From Bacteroidota bacterium (GTDB taxonomy: Bacteria; Bacteroidota; Bacteroidia; NS11-12g; UBA955): 64,000 nt of DNA. Location: the NCBI GenBank assembly GCA_040386935.1, contig JAZKEQ010000009.1:7435-71434 (forward strand), given 5' to 3'. Positions 58,303 to 64,000 of this stretch are shown piece by piece (position 1 is the first letter of the stretch; every line of letters starts with the position of its first letter). Made by a program: the position numbers and the translations under genes. Below the pieces are notes generated by a model. The model was given only the letters and a program-made list of their open reading frames with translations, searched no databases and had not been told where the DNA came from.

Positions 58303-59220
58303 ATGTTGAAAAACAAAGTGAAAGTAATTTACGGTTTATTGATACTAACTGTGATGTATGCCTGTAATGCCGGACAGTCTGATAAAGCCGGTAGTGTAGG
58401 TGCCAAAGATACACTTGAGGTATGGGCAGATACAGGACTGCGTGTAATGGCGAACGAGCACAAAAAAGCATTTGAAAATAGCTATAACAATGCCATTTTG
58501 AACATCCATTACATGCACGAAGACAGTATTGTCAAAGGGTTGATCAATAACAGGGTAAATGCTGCTTTTTTGCAAAGAAATCTAACTGCTGAAGAAGCAG
58601 GGTATCTTGAAAAAAAGGAAAAATTTAAACCCAAAGAATATGTTTTTGCCTACAGTGCCATGGTATTGGTAGCATCAGAATCTTATCCTGATGATTTTAT
58701 ATCAAAAGATGCTATCAGAGACTATTTTAAAACCAATAAACCTCATACTTTTAGGGTTGTTTTTGAAAATAGCCAGGGACAGGCCATCCACTACATGCAA
58801 AAACGCTTTAATATCACTAATGAAGAGTTGTCAAAAGCCTTTGCAAAAAATAATCTGAATGCGCTGCTCAGTCAGTTGCGTTCTGATCCTCAATCCATTG
58901 GTATTCTGCCATTTTCATATATTTCAGATATTGAATCCCAGGCTACTATTGAAATGTTGAATGGACTCAAGGTATTGGGTGTGCAATATGCAGATTCAAC
59001 AGGAAAAACAGTAATGTTCTATCCAAGTCAGGAAACCATTGCTACCAAAGAGTACCCTTTTATTTCACCCATGTTGTTTATGAATTGCAATATGGATAAA
59101 AAAGGAGGAACTACTTTTATCAATTATCTGTTTAAACCCAAGGCTCAGCGGTTGGTATTAAAGTGTGGCATAGTTCCTGCAATATTCCCCGGAAGAGAAG
59201 TAAAAATCATTACGCAATAA
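58303..59220 (+). CDS. PstS-like periplasmic substrate-binding domain lipoprotein
   Basis: Lipobox VMYACNA. 305 aa type 2 periplasmic-binding-fold-like sequence. I remember this gene type following tonB in Bacteroidota exbBD-tonB clusters. Confidence 0.5.
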   Translation: MLKNKVKVIYGLLILTVMYACNAGQSDKAGSVGAKDTLEVWADTGLRVMANEHKKAFENSYNNAILNIHYMHEDSIVKGLINNRVNAAFLQRNLTAEEAGYLEKKEKFKPKEYVFAYSAMVLVASESYPDDFISKDAIRDYFKTNKPHTFRVVFENSQGQAIHYMQKRFNITNEELSKAFAKNNLNALLSQLRSDPQSIGILPFSYISDIESQATIEMLNGLKVLGVQYADSTGKTVMFYPSQETIATKEYPFISPMLFMNCNMDKKGGTTFINYLFKPKAQRLVLKCGIVPAIFPGREVKIITQ

Positions 59221-59223
59221 AAA

Positions 59224-60795
59224 ATGAAAAATATCCTAACATTAATCCTGACAGTACTTTCTGTCAATTGTATTCAAGCCCAGACATTTGAGCAGGCAAA
59301 AACTGACTATCAGAATGAGAATTTCAGCAATGCTAAAAAAACATTGTTAAATCTGATTAAAACTGATAATTCAAGTTTAACTACCTTGTATTTAGGTAAC
59401 ACCTATTTAATGACAGATGATTCTGATTCTGCCAAATTTTATTACAAAAAAGCAGAAACAGGAACCGATGCTTATAGTTACATAGCTAAAGCTAAATTAA
59501 TCCTGATGGAACAAAACGATATCGCAACAGCCCTTATTAATCTTGATAAAGCGGTTGCAATTTCAAGAAAAAAGGAATCTGAAGTATTGTTCCAGGCGGG
59601 TTATACCACATTTACACCTAAACCGGTGTATGCCGCTCAGTTGGTGAAATATCTAGAGGAAGCCAGAACAATGGCTCCAGGAAATATTTACTACGCTTTG
59701 ATATTGGGCGATGTGTATCAGACAATGCCAAACGGTGGCGGTAAAGCCATGTCAATATACGAAGATATGGCAGCAAAATACCCAAACAACGCATTACCGT
59801 TTATGCGAATAGGTCGCTTGTTTTACGCTTCAACCAATTACCCTGTGGCTATCGAAAATCTGGAGAAAGCCAATGCATTGAATCCAAATTTCGGTGTAGT
59901 TCACAAAGAACTGGGTGAATTGTATTATCTGCAAAAAAATTATGTAAAGGCAAAAGAAGAATTCAAAAAATACATTGATATCAATAGCAACGACCCTAAA
60001 GCTAAATCAATTTACGTTGGATTCCTTTACCAGTTTAAAGATTATCAGAAAGCGATTGAAGAAATCAATGCTTACCTGCCAAGCGATTCAACTAATTATG
60101 TTTACCACAGAATACTGGCTTATAGTCATCAGGAGTTAAAGCAATCAAAAATCGCTCAAGTAGAGATTGATAAATTCTGGAAGTATGTCGGAAAGAATAA
60201 AGTAACCATACTCGATTACACTTATGCCGGTAAAATAGCAGTAGGCAATGGCGATACACTGAATGCCATCAACTGTATGAGAACAGCAGCTGAAATGGAT
60301 TCGACCAATGCGGATATACAATCAGAATTTGCGCTGACACTGTTTAATTTTAAAAAGTACAGGGAATCCATCGCTCAGTATAAAAAACGCATAGCAATGC
60401 CGCAAAAAGGCCCATCAGCGTTGGATGTATATTACTTAGGAAGAGCTTATTTTGTTGAGAAGGATTTTATCAATTCAGATTCTGCCTTTGCAACATTTGT
60501 ACAAATGCAACCAAAATCACCTGACGGATATTTGTGGAGAGCTAAATCAAATGTAGAACTCGAGGATAAAAAGAATTTTAAAGGATTGGCTTCGGCTCAT
60601 TATTTGAAATTCATAGAATTGGGAGGAAATGACCTAGCGCGTAACAAAGGAAATCTTATTACTGCCTATAACTATCTTGCCATTGTTTCACTTACTCAGA
60701 AAGATACTGCTAAAGCTAAAGAATATTTTGGAAAAGTATTGGAACTGGATCCAAACAACAAAATTGCTCAGGAAGAGATTAAAAAAATAAAGTAA
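59224..60795 (+). CDS. Secreted tetratricopeptide repeat protein
   Basis: Signal peptide. Many TPR-like units (e.g. LGELYYLQKNYVKAKEEFKKYIDINSNDP, AKEYFGKVLELDPNN). 523 aa. Confidence 0.75.
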   Translation: MKNILTLILTVLSVNCIQAQTFEQAKTDYQNENFSNAKKTLLNLIKTDNSSLTTLYLGNTYLMTDDSDSAKFYYKKAETGTDAYSYIAKAKLILMEQNDIATALINLDKAVAISRKKESEVLFQAGYTTFTPKPVYAAQLVKYLEEARTMAPGNIYYALILGDVYQTMPNGGGKAMSIYEDMAAKYPNNALPFMRIGRLFYASTNYPVAIENLEKANALNPNFGVVHKELGELYYLQKNYVKAKEEFKKYIDINSNDPKAKSIYVGFLYQFKDYQKAIEEINAYLPSDSTNYVYHRILAYSHQELKQSKIAQVEIDKFWKYVGKNKVTILDYTYAGKIAVGNGDTLNAINCMRTAAEMDSTNADIQSEFALTLFNFKKYRESIAQYKKRIAMPQKGPSALDVYYLGRAYFVEKDFINSDSAFATFVQMQPKSPDGYLWRAKSNVELEDKKNFKGLASAHYLKFIELGGNDLARNKGNLITAYNYLAIVSLTQKDTAKAKEYFGKVLELDPNNKIAQEEIKKIK

Positions 60796-60835
60796 TACTT
60801 TATTAAGTGAGATAATCACACCTATAAACACTTTT

Positions 60836-60870
60836 AAAAGCCCCGTGTAAATTATTTACACGGGGCTTTT
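60836..60870 (+). terminator. Rho-independent terminator after the TPR gene
   Basis: GCCCCGTGTAAA / TTTACACGGGGC 12-bp arms with a 3-nt loop, followed by TTTTT. Confidence 0.8.
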
Positions 60871-61060
60871 TATTGATACGATTAATGGTGAGTCAACTTT
60901 TAATTAAGCACCTATAAAATGGATACATGGAATTTGAATACAGTTGAATCCAGGATAAAAGGAGGGTCGCTATCTGATATATTGCTGTATAATGTTATTG
61001 ATACAATGTAATTGCCGGGCAATTAAAAATATATAAAGGGAATTAGATACTTCCCCTATC

Positions 61061-61093
61061 AAAAAAAACACCGTGCTTATTGGGCACGGTGTT
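61061..61093 (-). terminator. Rho-independent terminator after secDF
   Basis: AACACCGTGC / GCACGGTGTT arms. On the minus strand the hairpin is followed by a U-run (plus-strand A-run starting at 61061). Confidence 0.75.
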
Positions 61094-61116
61094 CAATATA
61101 TTGGAATGCTTATGAA

Positions 61117-63999
61117 TTAAGCAGTTGCAACGTCTTTAGTAGACACTTTTTTCTCTCTAAATAAGTCGAGTACAATTGGCGCTGCAATACAGATAGTAGA
61201 ATAACTACCCATGAATACACCAATCAACAATGCCAGAGAGAAGCCTTTCAGAGCCGGTCCACCGAATAAGAACAGAATCAATACAACCACTAATACGGTT
61301 AATGAAGTCATAATAGTACGACTCAATGTTTGATTAATCGCATCATTAATGATCTTGCCTTTATCGTGTTCAGATTTAAATTCGTTCATGTTTTCCCTGA
61401 TTCTGTCGAAGATTACCACAGAGTCATTGATAGAGTAACCGATAATTGTCAGAATGGCACCAATAAATGTTTGGTCTATTTCAAGTGCAAACGGAACGAT
61501 ATCTTCCAATAAGGCGAAGATGGCAAACACCATTAGCACGTCATGTATCAAAGCGATAATAGCACCAACAGCAAATCCGATGTTTTTGAAACGGATAATG
61601 ATGTAAATGAAGATAACGATTACTGATAGTATGATTACCCACATTGATTTTGTTCTGATATCAGAAGCAATTGTAGGACCAACCTTAGAACTGTTGAGGA
61701 TACTCGCATCAGTTGCTTTGAATGGCGCAAGTGCAGCGATGATTTCGTTTTCTACACTATCAGCACTCAATTTGGTTTCATTGATTCTATAAGTTGTTAC
61801 AATTTTGAAACGACCGTCACTACCAATTGTTTTAATCTCATTGCTACTACCCGGTAAGTTTTTATCCATGGCAGCTTTAATTTCTTCAGCATTCAAATTT
61901 TTATCCAATTGAACAGTATAACCGTAACCACCTTTAAAGTCGATACCGCTGCTCAAGCCACCTTTTGCTACCATTACTGATAAGCCAATGATGATGATAG
62001 CACTTGACAATATGTAGAACTTTTTACGGTTGCCGATGAAATTATAAGCAGCACCAACCATTAGGTTTTTGCTGTAAGTGTTAGAGAAAGATACGTTTAA
62101 ACCTTTTTCAGTTCTTCTTTCAATTAATATTCTTGAGATAAGGATAGCAGTGAATAATGAGGTAAGGATACCGATGATCAATACGATAGCGAAACCGTAT
62201 ACAGGTCCTGCACCTACGAATGTCATAATGAAACCCGCCAATAATGTGGTGATGTTACCATCCATGATTGATGAGAAAGCCGCTTTAAAGCCGTTTGAAA
62301 CAGCTGAGCGCAATAGTTTGCCTTCGCGCAGTTCCTCTTTAATCCTTTCGTATATCAGTACGTTAGCATCTACCGCCATACCGATGGTTAATACAACACC
62401 CGCAATACCCGGAAGGGTTAATGCAGCACCGTAAGAAGCAAGGATACCGATAATGAAGAATACGTTCATGAATACTGCAACAGTTGCAATTAATCCACCT
62501 CTGTTATAATATAACAACATCAGAATTACCACTGCGATAAAACCAACGATTAATGAGTTCATCCCTTTTGTGATTGACTCCTGACCAAGTGTAGGACCAA
62601 CAACGTCTTCAGCAATGATTTTAGCCGGAGCAGGTAATTTACCGGCCTTTAACACATTTGAAAGGTCATTGGCTTCCTGTAAATTGAAACCACCGCTGAT
62701 AGAAGAGTTGCCATTAGGTATTTCTTCATTCACACGTGGGGCTGAGAATACTTTATTATCGAGAACGATTGCAATGAAATCATTTTTCATTGAAGCTGCT
62801 TTTGTAATATTTTTCCATTGAGTAGCAGCCTGCTGAGTCATGCTCATGGTTACCTCAATCTGTCCTGAAATAGAATTTGAATTTGGTGCTGCATCTGCAA
62901 TGATGTTTTCTTCACCGCTTCCAAGTGCTGCTTTACCGTCTTTGCTGGCTTTCAATGCATACAATAGGTATACTTGATTTTCTTCGCTTTCAGGTTTGGC
63001 GCTCCATGCAAAATGCACATCTTTAGGAATAGCATTAAGTACCACTTCATCTTCCAGCATCTTTATTACTTTAGTCATCGACTCTTTTGGAGCTCTTGCT
63101 AAAATACTGCTTTCTATTACATTGCCTTTTTCATCCTGCAATGGGAATAATCCTGCTTCAGCAAACGGGAAGTTTGAAGAGTCTTTAGCGTTTTGTTCTT
63201 TAACAAATGCTTTTTGTGCACTGTCTCTTGCTGTTGAATCAACAATAGCCGCAATGGTTTTAAGTTTGGCTGAATCTTCAGATGAAGAGCCTTTGGTCAT
63301 GCGTAATTTCTGAGCATAAGCAGCATTCATCGGTTTGTAAATTTTATTCAAACCTTCATAATTGCTCTTGGTATTGTTGCCATATACTTGCCAAAATTCC
63401 AAACGCGCACTTTGTTCTAATAAGTTTCTGATACGTTTAGGATTATCGACACCCGGTAATTCAACAGATATTCTGCCACCTTCCAGTGATTGAATGTTAG
63501 GTTGACTGATATTGCCCTGATTCAAACGCGCTTCGATTACCTGACGTGTATTGTCTGATTTATCTTTTAATTCAGCTTTTAGATAATTGATCACATCATT
63601 TTCAGATGAACTTAAAGTGATACGCTTGTTATCTCTGTTGACGAATAATGAGACAATAGATTTATTGTTAGATGTTTTTCTGTAATTTTTTGCAAAAATA
63701 TCAATGAAATCGCCACCATTTGCCTGATAATCGATTTCAGATTGGTTAATTGCGGCATTAAGTGAAGGGTCTTTTGCATTTTGATCACCAGCCAGTGTTT
63801 TGATTACATCACCTTTAGAAACCTCGAGGATAACGTTCATACCACCTTGTAAATCGAGGCCTAACTTTAATTCATTGTCTTTGCACTGAAAATAATCTTT
63901 CTTAACAAATCCAAGATTTAAAAGTGGTTTCCGGCCAAGGGAGTCAATGTAGGTGCGGTACTTCTCACCATCATAAACGCCTCCTTTTGTGGCAAACAC
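61117..63999 (-). CDS. secDF: Protein translocase subunit SecDF (fused); N-terminus lies beyond the window end
   Basis: SecD signature LGLDLQGGM...VGPTLGQESI...MAVDANVLIYERIKEE and SecF-like second half IDFKGG...INDSVVIFDRIREN. The ORF is open to base 63999. Confidence 0.9.
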   Translation of the reverse strand: MFATKGGVYDGEKYRTYIDSLGRKPLLNLGFVKKDYFQCKDNELKLGLDLQGGMNVILEVSKGDVIKTLAGDQNAKDPSLNAAINQSEIDYQANGGDFIDIFAKNYRKTSNNKSIVSLFVNRDNKRITLSSSENDVINYLKAELKDKSDNTRQVIEARLNQGNISQPNIQSLEGGRISVELPGVDNPKRIRNLLEQSARLEFWQVYGNNTKSNYEGLNKIYKPMNAAYAQKLRMTKGSSSEDSAKLKTIAAIVDSTARDSAQKAFVKEQNAKDSSNFPFAEAGLFPLQDEKGNVIESSILARAPKESMTKVIKMLEDEVVLNAIPKDVHFAWSAKPESEENQVYLLYALKASKDGKAALGSGEENIIADAAPNSNSISGQIEVTMSMTQQAATQWKNITKAASMKNDFIAIVLDNKVFSAPRVNEEIPNGNSSISGGFNLQEANDLSNVLKAGKLPAPAKIIAEDVVGPTLGQESITKGMNSLIVGFIAVVILMLLYYNRGGLIATVAVFMNVFFIIGILASYGAALTLPGIAGVVLTIGMAVDANVLIYERIKEELREGKLLRSAVSNGFKAAFSSIMDGNITTLLAGFIMTFVGAGPVYGFAIVLIIGILTSLFTAILISRILIERRTEKGLNVSFSNTYSKNLMVGAAYNFIGNRKKFYILSSAIIIIGLSVMVAKGGLSSGIDFKGGYGYTVQLDKNLNAEEIKAAMDKNLPGSSNEIKTIGSDGRFKIVTTYRINETKLSADSVENEIIAALAPFKATDASILNSSKVGPTIASDIRTKSMWVIILSVIVIFIYIIIRFKNIGFAVGAIIALIHDVLMVFAIFALLEDIVPFALEIDQTFIGAILTIIGYSINDSVVIFDRIRENMNEFKSEHDKGKIINDAINQTLSRTIMTSLTVLVVVLILFLFGGPALKGFSLALLIGVFMGSYSTICIAAPIVLDLFREKKVSTKDVATA

Positions 64000-64000
64000 C

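Noticed and set aside
1-64000. Search for CRISPR arrays, tRNA/rRNA genes, IS elements, integrases, phage genes and toxin-antitoxin pairs
   Set aside because: No regularly spaced direct repeats, no tRNA-like T-arm with matching stems in the intergenic spacers, and no transposase, integrase or recombinase signatures in any ORF. The one GTTCGAATC string (near 10826) has no surrounding tRNA structure.

Overview
AT-rich chromosomal window from a Bacteroidota genome with a gliding/type IX secretion (T9SS) lifestyle. About 59 protein genes are tightly packed. I saw no rRNA, tRNA, CRISPR array, transposase, integrase or phage genes. Recognisable content: dnaA with an AT-rich candidate oriC upstream; the T9SS core operon porP/sprF-gldK-gldL-gldM-gldN; three large T9SS cargo genes (two type B CTD, one type A CTD); an exbB-exbD-exbD-tonB cluster with a second tonB paralog plus PstS-like and TPR genes; secDF (partial) and secG; a sigma-54 activator with an lptE-like gene; paaABC; menF with a hotdog thioesterase; fcl, pyrE, coaD, rsmD, crcB, a methylmalonyl-CoA mutase catalytic subunit, a PpiD-like chaperone and a UvrD-type helicase fused to a Cas4-like nuclease. 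Nothing here can be called a new system from sequence alone. The best candidates for follow-up are: (1) a prokaryotic pentameric ligand-gated ion channel homolog co-transcribed with an unknown lipoprotein; (2) a four-gene operon of wHTH regulator, two membrane proteins and a Coq4-like HDxxH-x11-E protein, in a lineage generally regarded as using menaquinone rather than ubiquinone; (3) a radical SAM enzyme and a GT-C-like membrane glycosyltransferase with TPRs, lying between gldN and a T9SS cargo gene; (4) a T9SS type A cargo protein with an N-terminal CxxCH motif. Function calls rest on motifs read from the translations and remembered family signatures. No searches were run.
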